Assembly: GCF_009914755.1 (NCBI RefSeq)
Contig: NC_060927.1
Reading direction: 5' to 3' (one strand)
DNA from: the human T2T-CHM13v2.0 reference genome, Homo sapiens
Length of the DNA: 64,000 nucleotides
The notes under the pieces are model-generated. The model worked only from the letters and a program-made list of their open reading frames with translations, did not search any database and was not told where the DNA came from. This document shows, one piece after another, positions 35,047 through 57,517 of the stretch; position 1 is the first letter of the stretch, and each line of letters starts with the position of its first letter. Position numbers and translations under genes: made by a program.

Positions 35047-35401
35047 AACGAATATCTTTTATACATCCACATGGATGTCAAAATATATCCTGAGAGTTTT
35101 TTAACTCTATGTAAATGTTATCAATACTGTGCTTAGTTCTTAGCACGGACCTTCTTTCCATGTAAGAACTTTAAATTACATTACATTTCTTTCATTTTTA
35201 CAAGTCCACTGTGTCCATAGGTGGACTGTAAGTTAACCAGCCCTACACTGATGGAAACCATGTTTATTTTGAATATTTCACTGTTCAAAAACATTCTTTT
35301 GTAATTATCTTTGTGGGTGCATGCAATTATTTAAGATAAACTCTAAAAATAAAACACTGCAACTAGAGGTACACATTTTAAAATTTTAAAAACACAGCCA
35401 A

Positions 35402-35729
<328 letters not shown>

Positions 35730-36129
35730 TCATTAATTTACACTTTCATCAACAGCATTTGATAGTACTCATTCCTCAAAACTTTCACACTTTTCCATCT
35801 ACCTTTTAGGTTTTGAAAATCTTATAGATGAAAATAGTGATTTGAAGAACTTGCATATTCTTAAGTGAGGCTGACCATCTGTTCACACACTTCTTGGCCA
35901 TGTATTTATTTCTAACAAATTACCAATCTGACATAATCAACGGTAAATACTATGTAATTTAGTCTAAGGGGTTCAGATTCTTTATACATTTTTAGGATTC
36001 TAGTCCTTTGTTAAATGGTAAATACTTTCTCCCCCTACAAAAAAAACCTGTTTAAAGTGCTAAATTTCTTACATTTTAACCTCAATTATGTAACAGTGAT
36101 TCTAAACATATTTGATGAGCTAAACACAT

Positions 36130-36270
36130 AGTAACGGGAAAAAATGTGTGCTCACAAAATTCGTATGTTGAAACCCAACTGTAGTGTCCTGGTATTTAGA
36201 AGTAAGGCCTTTGGAAAATAATTAAGTCAGGAGGATAGGCCCCTCAAGAACAGGATTAATGCCCTTATAA
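36130..36270. mobile_element. MaLR LTR fragment (MLT1/MST-like)
   Basis: caaaattcgtatgttgaaaccc...ggtatttagaagtaaggcctttgg...ggattaatgcccttataa. Confidence 0.75.
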
Positions 36271-36567
36271 CTGGGTGTAGTGGCTCATGCCTGTAAGTCC
36301 TAGCTACCAGGGATGCTGAGGCACAAGAAACGCTTGAGCCTAGGAGGTGAAGTCTGCAGTGAGTTATGATCGCATAGCTGTTATTCCAGTCTGGGTGACA
36401 ATGCAAGTATGTACTTTACAATAATTAATTTAATGTTATGTGAAGTATATCTCAATTAAAACAATGCTATATTATGCATAAAATCATACACTGGAAAACT
36501 GAATGCCTGTTTTCTACTTCACCCTCAGCATCTGTCCCTGTAGTGGTTGAATAAAAGTTACTTTGTC

Positions 36568-37490
<923 letters not shown>

Positions 37491-37586
37491 ACAAATTTAT
37501 ACAACACTAGACTCAAAAACGGCACAACATATGTCCTTTTCAAGTAGTATAAGCAAAGGTTCACCAAAGTAGACTATATGCTGTGA

Positions 37587-38685
<1,099 letters not shown>

Positions 38686-38714
38686 TTGACCCTGACTCTT
38701 AAGGGAAAAAAAAA

Positions 38715-40290
<1,576 letters not shown>

Positions 40291-40593
40291 CAACTGTGAA
40301 TAGGGGCTTGAACTGGTTATACTTAAATTCAGAAAAATCAAATGCTAAATTTATAAATTCACTAGAAAACAGAAAACCAATAAAAAGGACAAGTACTAAT
40401 TCTCCTGCTTATTATTTTTTTATCCTTTAATCCCTCCATCTGGAGTTCAAGAACTGCTTGGGACATTTTCCTTGCATCTTTGTCACCTTCAGCGTTAGTG
40501 CTTTAGCCTTCGACCAGACAACACACCATCAGCTGAGTGCAAAATACATACAGACCAACGCTGATGAGTCTAGCTTCTCCTAGTATTCTTAAC

Positions 40594-40870
40594 TGCCCTG
40601 TATGTATATACATATGTATATACATATATACATCCAGTGCCCATCTTATACATATGTATATTGCCCTATATGTCTATACATATGTATATTGCTCTATATG
40701 TCTATACATAGGTATATACATATGTATATTGCCCTACATGTATATATCTATGTATATACATATATACACCCAGTGCCCATCTTAATTATCAATTGCTCTG
40801 TGTTTAGTGCCAGATAAATCATACAGACTTATCAATTGCTCTGTTTAGTGCCATATAAACCATATAGTCT
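40594..40870. repeat. TA-rich compound minisatellite plus a ~43-bp tandem duplication
   Basis: tatacatatgtatattgccc units; ttatcaattgctctg...tttagtgcca twice. Confidence 0.9.
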
Positions 40871-41589
40871 TCTCCTATTTTTAACCGTATACTTCCTGAG
40901 TTTTAGTAACTCATCTTACTTTTAGATCCAGATAGCTTCCTATATTTTACAAATTTCTCAATAATGAAAAATAATGTTCTGGTTTTCCTAGGCTTTTTTT
41001 TAATACTCTTTTCTGTCTGTCACTGTACAAGTTTAGGGCAGGAGAGATGGTTATATGCTTCATATACATCTTAATCTAAATCCTAGATTTTTTTCTTCTA
41101 CTTTTTCATTATTTTTCATGCTCACAGAATAGTAAAATAAAAAAGAGATATAATTTACTACAATCCTTCATCTTAGGCTGTTTTGAAGAACTGTAATTCA
41201 TCTCCTAATAACCAGAAAAGGTTCTAATTCCTCCTGTTATTTCATTTCAATAAAGTATATTAAAAAAAAAAACCTACCAATAACTTTAATGACTTAGTTT
41301 CTAGTCCCCAAATTTTAAATCTCCACTTTCTAGATTTCAGTGAAATTCTATAAACTTGGATGATTAGTATGAGACCTGTAATTCACCAACTGATATATAT
41401 AGTCTCTTATTTACAAGCTGCTCCCACAAAGATGGGTGAAGAAGGCTAATAAATCATAAAATGCCTATCATAGGTCTTTACTTTTCGAAGTATGCTAGAG
41501 CTTATTTTTTGAAAATGTGATCACTGGCTCACTGAGGACACAAACATTTAATGGTCAATAAAAAATACCTTATCAATAAAGAACATTTT

Positions 41590-41909
41590 GGGTTGTTTTT
41601 TGTTTTTTGTTTTTGTTTTTGAGACTGAGTCTCACTCTGTCGCCCAGGCTGGAGTGCAGTGGTATGATCTCAGCTCACTGCAACCTCCGCCTCCTGCAAC
41701 CTCCTTCAAGTGATTCTTCTGCCTCAGCCTCTGGAGTAGCGGGAATTACAGGCACGCACCACCATGCCTGGCTAATTTCTATATTTTTAGTAGAGATGGG
41801 GTTTCACCACATTGGCCAGGCTGGTCTTGAACTCCTAACCTCAAGTGATCTGTCTGCTTTGGTCTCCCCAAGTGCTGGGGTTACAGGTATAAGCCACCAT
41901 GCCCAGCCC
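41590..41909 (-). mobile_element. AluS
   Basis: Alu dimer. Confidence 0.88.
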
Positions 41910-42361
41910 ACTTTGAATTTAATTACATTGAATAGAAGTTAGGCCAGAATTTACATAACTGGTAACTAAGGTTCATCACACTTAGAAGAAATTCATTACC
42001 AGAGAACTTCAAATTTGCATCCACATAAAGCATTCCCTAGAGATTTCAATAAGTTAAACTATATATAGGTACGTATTCCACTTTTTCATATGAATGTGAT
42101 TCTGTTGCAATTTAAAAACCATTAATTTTAAAACATTACTAAATTAAAGATGTTTTTGGTCGCTGTAAGTTTTCTCTATAAACAAAGAGTAAAACTACTC
42201 AAATGATTAAAGAAAATTAAAAAAAGATATCCATAAAAGGGACAATCTATTCATACTTGAAAGTCGAGAACTGTGGACCCACAGCAAGCAATGAATCATC
42301 CCATGGTATTGCTGAGAATGACTAAATTAAATCTAACACTCTCATGCAGAAGAATACAAAC

Positions 42362-42486
42362 CATTTTTGGGAAGTACTACTTCTTCTATATTGGGTACAG
42401 GTGTTGGGTCTTCCATATCCTTGGTTAGATCTTCTTGCTCATCTTCCTCTTTCTGACTTCTGCGCTTCCCATAAAGGCTAGCTTGG
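42362..42486 (-). CDS. SMARCC1: SMARCC1 exon (~11), 125 nt: [41 protein letters not shown](V)
   Basis: tgttttag|CCAAG...AAATG|gtttgt. Confidence 0.95.
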
Positions 42487-42597
42487 CTAAAACATACAAG
42501 TATATGAAATATAAACAAGACTGATTATAGCTACTGATAGCAAACAGTTTCTGAGGTTGTACACCTTCATTATTTGTAGAACATATGCTCAAGATCA

Positions 42598-42900
<303 letters not shown>

Positions 42901-43560
42901 GAATTTTTAAAAATAAAAAAGGCAAACATTAAAAAGAAAAAATTAGATAACTTCCCCCAAATTACATCTAACCAGCCAATAAAAGAAAAATAAAAGTTAA
43001 CAGGCATAAAAAATGGGCAAAAAATCCTACTAGACAATTGCGGGCAGTATCACAAAAGGGACCTAAATTAGTGTAATAAAATAACAACTGCTAAGGAAAT
43101 ATGATATATTCTAAGATTATAAGCAATCACATATGTGATCAAAGATACGTACCATTGTGTTTTAATGGCCCTTTTATCATCCAAATATCAGGAACTACAA
43201 GTAGAATCCCTAAATATAGTACTAATTCTTTTGTATAAAATCTTCCACTGCTCTTGCACCAAAAATTCAATCAAATCATTATTAATTTTAAAACTAATAA
43301 ATGTCAGGGGGCTCAAAAAAAAAAAAAAAAAAACCCCAGTGATGATTCTTTACCTTTAGGGATTACAAGGGATATAGGACAGAAATCTTTACCTCACATA
43401 ACATGATTCATACAGAGAGAAATACGATAGAAGTATTATATTTCAGTGCAGAGAAATGAATAAAAGTACCAAGAAAATACATCATAGAGAGATTGTAAGG
43501 ACTGAAGGTCAGAGTTAAGCTGAACCTTGAGAATTGTTTAACAATTCACTAAGAGGTAAG

Positions 43561-44441
43561 GGCTGGGTGTGGTGGCTCATGCCTGTAATCCCAGAACATT
43601 GGAAGGGCAAGGCAGAAGAATTGCTCGAGGCCAGGAGTTCGAGACCAGCCTCGGAAACAGGGCGAGACCCCATCTCTACCAAAAAACAAAAAATTTAAAT
43701 TTTAAGACAGGGTCTCACTCTGTTGTCCAAGCTGGAATGCAGTGGTGCAATCACAGGTCACTGCATCCTTGAACTCCTCAGCTCAAGTGATCCTCCTGCC
43801 TCAGGCTCCTGAGTAGCTGAGACTATAGGTGCACACCATCATGCCCAGACTATTTTTCTTTCTCTAATTTATTCTAGATACAGGGTTTCACTATGTTGCC
43901 TCAGGTGATCTCAAACTTAAGCCATCCTCCTACCTTGGCCTCCCAAAGTGCTGGGATTGCAGGCAAGAGCCACTGGCTCCTGGCCCAAAAAGTTTTGTTT
44001 TCTTTTCTTTTGTTTTGGTGGGGGCGGGGGTAGGAGACAGTCTTGCTCTGTTGCCCAGGCTGGAGAGAAGTGGCACTATCTCAGCTCACTGCAATCTTTT
44101 CCTTCCCAGGTTCAAGCAATTCTCATGCCTCAGCCTCCCCAGTAGCTGGGATTACAAGGGCGCTCAATCACGCACCGGCTAATTTTTTTTTTGTATTTTT
44201 AGTAGAGACGGGGTTTCACCATGCTGCCCAGGCTGGTCTCTAACTCCTGAGCTCAGGCAATCTGCCCACCTCAGCCTCCCAAAGTGCTAGGATTACAGGC
44301 ATGGGCCATCACGCCCGGCCTCCAAAAAGTTTTTAATGCTAAGCCGGGCATGGTGGCATGCACCTGTAGTCCTAGCCACTGAGGAGGACTGCTTGACCTC
44401 AGGGTTTTAAGGTTACATGACTGCACCACTGCCCTCCAGCC
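43561..44441. mobile_element. Alu cluster: FLAM (+), AluJ (-), AluS (-), monomer (+)
   Basis: Alu consensus similarity. Confidence 0.82.
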
Positions 44442-44835
44442 TTTATTCTGCATCCTGAAGCACTGTCTTGTTTTAATTATTATTTTTATTCATTTATTCC
44501 TCAGCAGATGTTATTATACTAATTTAAACCCCTAATTTATTTGTTATCATTTTTTTTTTCTGCCAAAGAGCAAGATCTTGTCTGGCAAAAATAAATAAAT
44601 AAAATAATAAAGAAAGACAATGCTTCAGGATGTAGAATAATGGCCAAAAGGTATAAGAAAAGAAAAACACACTTGCTTTGGGAAGTACTGGGTAGCAATC
44701 TAAACTGCACTGTGAAGTGAGAGTGGAAATGGAGAAAAAGCTGTCTGAAACAGCATGCTGGGCCAGCCTGAGTTCTACAGTGCAGAGCGAATGCTCAAAG
44801 TTCCCTTTGAGGGATGACATATTGGCTTAGGTTGA

Positions 44836-45184
<349 letters not shown>

Positions 45185-45630
45185 TTTATTTATTTATTTT
45201 TTAAACAAAAGGAAGGAGAGTACACTTGGAAGAGGGCCAAGCAGGCAACTTGAAAGACAAGTGCTGCATGATGATTTTTTTAAAAGCCTATAAACCTAAA
45301 GGCAGCAGAGAGATAAAATACTTAAAGGGGAAGAAAACATACAGTGCAGATGAATGAAACAAAAGTTGGGAAAACAGATTTCAAAATATTTTCTAAGTAT
45401 ATTTTTAACATAACTCTAAGGAGAAATGTAAAATGAGAAAAGGCGTGGTCATTACAAGGCAAATGTATTCCATTAAAGTACATGCATACATATATTTTAG
45501 AGAACTCAATCTGGTATGCGTTATATTCAGAGTAGAGGGTATATGTCACCACTGTGAGCCTCATGCCTCCTAGAGATCACATCTTGGTTCAATAACCACT
45601 GGTGTCCTGGCACCCCATTTTATCTCATTA

Positions 45631-46518
<888 letters not shown>

Positions 46519-47257
46519 TCAAAAACTAAGTTTTTAAAGGTTTTTTGATGAGTGTAACTTGCTTAATAATATATGAAACTAAGAGGTTTTTAAATGTCCC
46601 TAAAGACTTCTATTAGTAAGAGTGTTGTCATAACTACCCTTCAGGAAATAATACGATTCAAGGCATGTTCTGGGAACAGAAATGCCAACTAGGGTAGAGA
46701 GGAAAGTCTATATAAGGAAGCTGCAGGAGAGATGTCAATTGTATCTTTACACTTCAATCAACATCCAAAAAGTTGACTGTCACATGAAAATAATCAATTT
46801 ACAAACCATAATTGTCTTGCCAAGTCTAAACTATAAAAATTATAATGAAAATATTTTAAGCTAGGCAAACCAGAAATTATGTAACTTAATATATACCAAT
46901 TAATTATTAAGTACTATTTACCATTTATTAAGTGTGTATTTAAAGCCAGGCAATGTGCAAAGGCTTTAAAGTCTCATTTAACCCTCAAAACAATCTATTC
47001 AGTAGAAATCGTAATCCTCATTCAACCAAAGCTCACTAAGTACAAAAGTGTAGCCCTGAACCAGGCGTTGTACTGCCATGCTTTGCAGAACATCAAGCAG
47101 CCACATATTCATCTCTTCTATGAGCTTATTTGATCACAAATGGGACAAGTGGTAAAATCAGAAAAGGAGACACTAAACATGGTGAATATAATGTCTTAAA
47201 CTTCTTACCAGTCATGCTTCTCAATACATACTTAGATACAAAAAAAAAAAAAAATTC

Positions 47258-47459
47258 CAAGTGATTCTCCAGCCTCAGCCTCCCAAGTAGCTGGGATGAC
47301 AGGCGTGCACCACCGTGCCCAGCTAATTTTTATATTTTTAGTAGAGACGAGGTTTCACCATGTTGGCCAGGCTGGATTTGAACTACTGACCTCAGTTGAT
47401 CTGCCCACCTCAGCCTCCAAAAGTGCTGGGATTATAAGTGTAAGCCACCACGTCCGGCC
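47258..47459 (-). mobile_element. Partial AluS ending ~37 nt from the exon 10 donor
   Basis: Alu consensus similarity. Confidence 0.85.
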
Positions 47460-47496
47460 TGTTTTAATGCCCTTTGAATCATGTAATAGTTCTTAC

Positions 47497-47618
47497 CCTT
47501 TCTTCCCACTCTTCTTCCGTGATTCTGTTGGTGTCGGAGGGGGAGGCGAAGGCGAATGTTTCCTCTTTCGAGCATTAGCTGATGCTTTTCTATCTCTTCT
47601 TTCTGGACTTCTGACTGG
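47497..47618 (-). CDS. SMARCC1: SMARCC1 exon (~10), 122 nt: [40 protein letters not shown](G)
   Basis: cttcctag|CCAGT...AAAGG|gtaaga. Confidence 0.96.
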
Positions 47619-48115
47619 CTAGGAAGAAGTAAATGGAAATAAGTATCAGCTATCTTTGCTCCTCAGTTTCTACAAATCCTTGGCAAAAGGTGAATCTCCA
47701 CACACAAAGACAACAGCATATCCTTAGTTCAGAGCAAATAAAAAGAATATCATTAATCATCCAGGAACACCAGTAATCAAGAAACTTTCCCTGACCTTTC
47801 AGGTGATATATATCATCAATGGAAATATCGGCTATCAGTTATTCAAACTATGCTATAACAGACATGCTGAAACCCTGCACAACTAAAAACTGCTACTGTT
47901 CACATTCTGTTTTGAGGTGAGAATTGTATTTCAATAACTACTGGAAAAATGTGAAATACACTCTACTAAACTGACAAAATACAAAGACAGGCCAAACGAT
48001 CCTGTGAAAATGTAGCATTATAGGAATTATTCTTAATCTCTAAAATAAACAGAAGATAACTTCATGTCATAAGAAATGTTAAGCAAGATGGCAACATGAT
48101 TTAAAGTCAATGTCT

Positions 48116-51405
<3,290 letters not shown>

Positions 51406-51763
51406 ATATATACATACTAAACAAAATGAGTTTTGCATAGGAAAACCAACAGCTACATTAAATTCTGCTGTGATATTACACTTCAGATCTAGTGGGCAAA
51501 ATCAGCTATACCACTACCCTTCTGCATGGGCCACTTTAAATCTTAATAACCTTTTAAGATTTTCATACCACTTTTTGGGAGGTTATTGCTTCTGAGATGG
51601 CTATTACAGCCACTTTGGAATTTTCACCTGATGGCACATCAGCCATCAGGCAGATGTGAAAGTTCCTAAGTGGTTTGTATATGACAGCTTACTGATGAAG
51701 ATTTAATAACATTTAGGCCAAGAAGACAGACTTAATGATGAGAAACTGTGCCAAAGAAAATAC

Positions 51764-51889
51764 CTCTTCATTCTTGGTTGAAATCCGCTGACGAAAACTC
51801 ACAGGCTTCCTATTTTCATCCACCTCATAATCCTCCTCATTCATCCATTCATTGAAAATATCAGTGTCCAAAATCCATTTCACATGAAC
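51764..51889 (-). CDS. SMARCC1: SMARCC1 exon (~9), 126 nt: [42 protein letters not shown]
   Basis: ggttttag|GTTCA...AAGAG|gtattt. Confidence 0.96.
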
Positions 51890-52119
51890 CTAAAACCATA
51901 TCAAAGCATCAATATCTACATAAATAACAAAATCACTCAAGGTTTTACAGTATTGAGAAGGAAACAAGCTGATTTATTTTCAAAGCCTCAAATGCATAAA
52001 ACATTAATAATGTGATACTACTAATGATATGTGAGTTGTAATTTAATCATCTCTATTTTTATTCCATATTAAAGAGAACAAGAAAGCATCAATAATTTAT
52101 ACTAGACCCAGATTTTGAT

Positions 52120-52215
52120 AGCAAAGTCCCTCAAATTTGTTTTGCTTAATCATTTCATCCTTATGTTCATGAAAATCACTGATAAAAACATTCAACAGCA
52201 CAGAGCCAAAATCAG
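52120..52215 (-). mobile_element. CR1/L3 LINE reverse-transcriptase relic
   Basis: Minus strand reads FGSVLLNVFISDF, resembling CR1 RT LGPVLFNIFINDL. Confidence 0.55.
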
Positions 52216-53031
52216 TCATTGCTTTAGGCACGAAGGATGTCTTTGGGTTTATCAACAACACTCTAAGTGTTGATGACAGAGCACATTCGCAGAGGCCGAT
52301 CACCTGCCCCATCATGTACACATGGTGCTCTAGGTAGGAATGGAAAAGTGACAGTCAGATGGTGGGTTCTTCCTAGTCCTTTATATGGCCACCTCCCTTG
52401 TTTAATTTCATGCTTCTGAGTAAGAATAAAATGAAAGGTTGTGTGGACGTACAAATGTAGATGTATATATACATATAGATAGATACTTAAACCACAGGCC
52501 TAACCCATATAACATTCCATATTATCCAACAGTATTTCTCAATGGGGGCACAACTGGAATTTGACACTAGAAAATTCTTCCTTGTACAGAAAAACTCAAG
52601 TCATGGTGGAGGTTTAAGTTGGAGTAGTGTTGGTTGAAATGAACATGTTCAGTCAAGAACAGATTACAATTATGAAGCCTTTCTAGAACACTGTAAAAAC
52701 AAGATACACTGTGGCAATGACTAGAAAACAATATGAACTTCCTAGTAATTTGTCAATCTAAACTCCCTGTTTTCAAAGAGCTACTAAACTGGTTATTTGG
52801 GATATGCCTTTCAAGTACCTTGAGTTAAGAATGATACCCATCTGACTACACGCCTCCTCTCCCTTGAAAACTATAGTTACACAGTAATATACAGAAACAC
52901 CAAATTAACAGCCTGTCCAAGACAAATAAAGCCTCCAATAATGTAACCTGAAAAGACTCCTAAATGGACAAATTATGGGAAGAGTGTATAAACAGAGCAG
53001 TATAAATAGAGCAGAATAAATAGAGTGTATA

Positions 53032-53350
<319 letters not shown>

Positions 53351-53599
53351 AGAGTATATAAATAGAGGCTTAAGCTAGTTAGAAAAAAAAAATAGGACTG
53401 TGCTAAATAAAAGGGTTAATTAACTGATAGTTTAGAAAATAAATGTCAAAATAGTGTTTTCCAAAGTGTGAGAAACATGTGTATACATTGCTTCCTTTTT
53501 TTTTTAAAAGAGCTGAATTTTCACACTGATAATCCTTTAACTACTGAGAAATCCTTGAAAGAAATCTCCTGAGAAAGAATGTTAGAGGAGTATGTGACA

Positions 53600-53800
53600 G
53601 CTAACAACTGTTTGTGTCAGGCACTATGCTGAACATCTTACACGTATAATCTCATTTAACTCTCCTAAGCACAGTGAAATAATGCGGGTATTATACTCTC
53701 TGGCTTTCCAAATCAGAAAACTTGGGCAGTTTTAGTAAGCTGACTATTTACACTCCTAATTAGAGGCAAAGCTTGGATTTGCACTAAGTTCTCCCTGAGC
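53600..53800. mobile_element. MIR
   Basis: tgtgtcaggcactatgct...atctcatttaac...agaggcaaagcttggattt. Confidence 0.6.
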
Positions 53801-54116
53801 TCTCAAGTCCTATGCTTTGTTATCTCTCTCATAAAAAATACCTTCATGTCAAAATAATACAAAAGTCCATGTGTCCTTGGGTAAAACTACTTAACTTGTG
53901 GAGCCTAGTTTCCTTCCTAATAATGTGATACCATAGTTAAGTAATCATTCCCAGTTCTGATACTATAATCTACAGGGAAATAGATGTCTAAAAATCCTTC
54001 AGTAGTACTTCACAACATTACATGGCTCATGAGTCACATGGCTTACTCCTTTACTATTAGATGATAGTATAATTTCAACATTTAATTTCCAAAAATAGTT
54101 AAAAACAGAAAAATCT

Positions 54117-54766
<650 letters not shown>

Positions 54767-55158
54767 ATAAACTTTATTTCCACATCAAAAGTTGATTAAA
54801 AGTCAATGTATGGACTCTTATTACATTATGGTAGAAATGATTAATAAAGTAAGTCTGTATCATTCTAAAAGTCACACAGGCATTGCTTCCAAGCTACCCA
54901 AATGACATCATCAGTGATGTTCAACTCTACTCCTCACACTCCTCTCTCACAAACCACAATCTGACCTGCCTTTGGATTCTCCTCAAACATCAAGCACTGC
55001 AGACATTTCATCTAAGACCTAGATAATAAAGTCTTCATGGCCGTACGTATCTTGTAAATGGATGACAGGAAAGGGAAACCAACATTCTGTATCTCCTTAG
55101 AGAGACTGCTGTAGAAAACAGCTGAGAAGAGCTATTAGATTATTGTAAGAATTTTTTT

Positions 55159-55447
55159 GGCCAGGCACGATGGCTTACACCTGTAATCCCAGCACTTTGG
55201 GAGGCTGAGGCAGGCCGATCACCCGAGGTCGGGAGGCTGAGGCCAGCCTGACCAATCCAGTAAAACTCCGTCTCTACTAAAAATACAAAAATTAGCCTAA
55301 CGTGGTGGCGTGTGCCTATAGTCCCAGCTACTTGGGAGGCTAACGCACGAGAATCACTTGAACCCGGAGGCGGAGGTTGCAGTAAGCCAAGATCGCACCA
55401 CTCCACTCTAGCCTGGGCGACAGAGTGAGACGCCATCTCAAAAAAAA
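55159..55447 (+). mobile_element. AluS with long TSD agattattgtaaga(a)ttttttt, adjacent to the exon 8 donor
   Basis: Direct repeats ~55137-55158 and ~55456-55477. Confidence 0.88.
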
Positions 55448-55491
55448 TTTTAAAAAGATTATTGTAAGATTTTTTTTGTTAAATCATTTAC

Positions 55492-55567
55492 CTTCCATGG
55501 TTTTTCTGGAATTGGTGGATCTTCAATTTCAGCATCAACATCATTACTATGGACCCAAGTATCATAG
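55492..55567 (-). CDS. SMARCC1: SMARCC1 exon (~8), 76 nt: YDTWVHSNDVDAEIEDPPIPEKPWK
   Basis: tttatag|CTATG...GGAAG|gtaaat. Confidence 0.96.
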
Positions 55568-55670
55568 CTATAAAGGAATCAAAATGAGAAAAACAAATTA
55601 GAGTCAAAGGTAATTCATTAGAAAGACTTTTACAAATAATAAGAACATGTTTTAGAAATACTACTAAAAT

Positions 55671-55895
<225 letters not shown>

Positions 55896-55959
55896 ACTAA
55901 AAGAAATACTACTAAAATCTATTAATAGAAACTTATCAGACACTTTTGTCCTTACTATT

Positions 55960-57020
55960 CTGCCAAGAAAGCTCCTCTGTAGAGGTCACCAGTAACGTAT
56001 ATATTGCTAAACCCGAAGTTCAAGACTAAGATCAAAAAATTTTAAACAGCTGCTTGGTCTTTCCTCAAAGCATTTCCCTCACTTGGCCACCAAGAAAGTA
56101 CTATCACCTGATAGTCCTTATATTCACCAGCCTCTCTTCAGTTTCCATGTCAGTTTCTGGTCTTAGTCCCAAATGTCTTCAACCTCCAAAAGTTCCTGGG
56201 TTCAGTTTTTGGAAAAATCCTTCTCCCTTGCTAATTTCATTCATTCCTATAACTCCAAATATACGCTGATGACTTCAAATTTTATATCAGCACTCTCCCA
56301 TGTATTCTGAACTCATAAATCCAACAGCCAACTCCACATCTCCTTGTGTAGAACATCTAACAAGCATTCCAAACCTAACACTCAAAGCTCAACTTGCAAT
56401 GCTACCCTGGCCCCAGCGATGTACTCTAGCCAATCATTTCCATTTCAGTAATGACAACTTTATCCTTCCTGCTGTTCGCCAAAATCCTTGGAAACAGCCT
56501 TGATTCCATTCTCAAGCACATCCTGTAATCAAACCAACTGCAAATGTGACCAGCTCTAACTTCAAAAGTATGTCTAGAATCTATCTAATTCTTACCCCTC
56601 CACTCTGCTCACTGGTTTTCCTGCTTCTGCCATTGGTCTCTTGGTCTCTCAAAGAGTTAATTTTTCACATAGCCATTGTGATCTTTTTGAAAACTAAGTC
56701 AGTCCACATCACTCTACTGATCCAACACTTCCAACTGCTCTCACCCTATCAGAGTGAAAGTAAAAAACCTAACGATGGCTTGCCATGGCTTCAAGATCTA
56801 ATTATCTGACAGAGACTCTGACCCCATTTCCTGCTCTTCTGTCCTTATTCATGTTATATTTGAGCCACACAGGCTTTGATAACATTATTCCAACATTCCC
56901 TACTAAGCCTGCATACACTCTACACAGATTGCTCCCTCACTGTCCAGATATCCATATAGCTTACTCTCTTATTTCTTCACATCTCTTTGCTCAAGGAGCC
57001 TCTTTATCAACAAGAACTCA
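55960..57020 (+). mobile_element. L2 LINE fragment
   Basis: atacgctgatgacttcaaatttatatc (YADD-like RT motif); aggtcaccagtaac; L2-like 3' region. Confidence 0.75.
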
Positions 57021-57210
57021 CTGACATAAATCAGACCACCTACTCCAACAAAATCATAAAATAGGCACAAAATTTTAACCAAAATAAAACACTGTGAATA
57101 TCACTATACTGACCAGTAAACTATGAAACCAAATGACATCTAGTATGATGACAAGTATTAGCTTCCTTTTAGTCACCATTCAGAGGTCAGTTCAAAAGAA
57201 TATGGAACCT

Positions 57211-57517
<307 letters not shown>

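Noticed and set aside
40561-40590. ctgatgag resembling a hammerhead ribozyme core
   Set aside because: No GAAA after the putative stem II and no stems I/III
54905-54920. acatca-tcag-tgatgt mini hairpin with box-like words
   Set aside because: 6-bp stem only; no correctly spaced partner box
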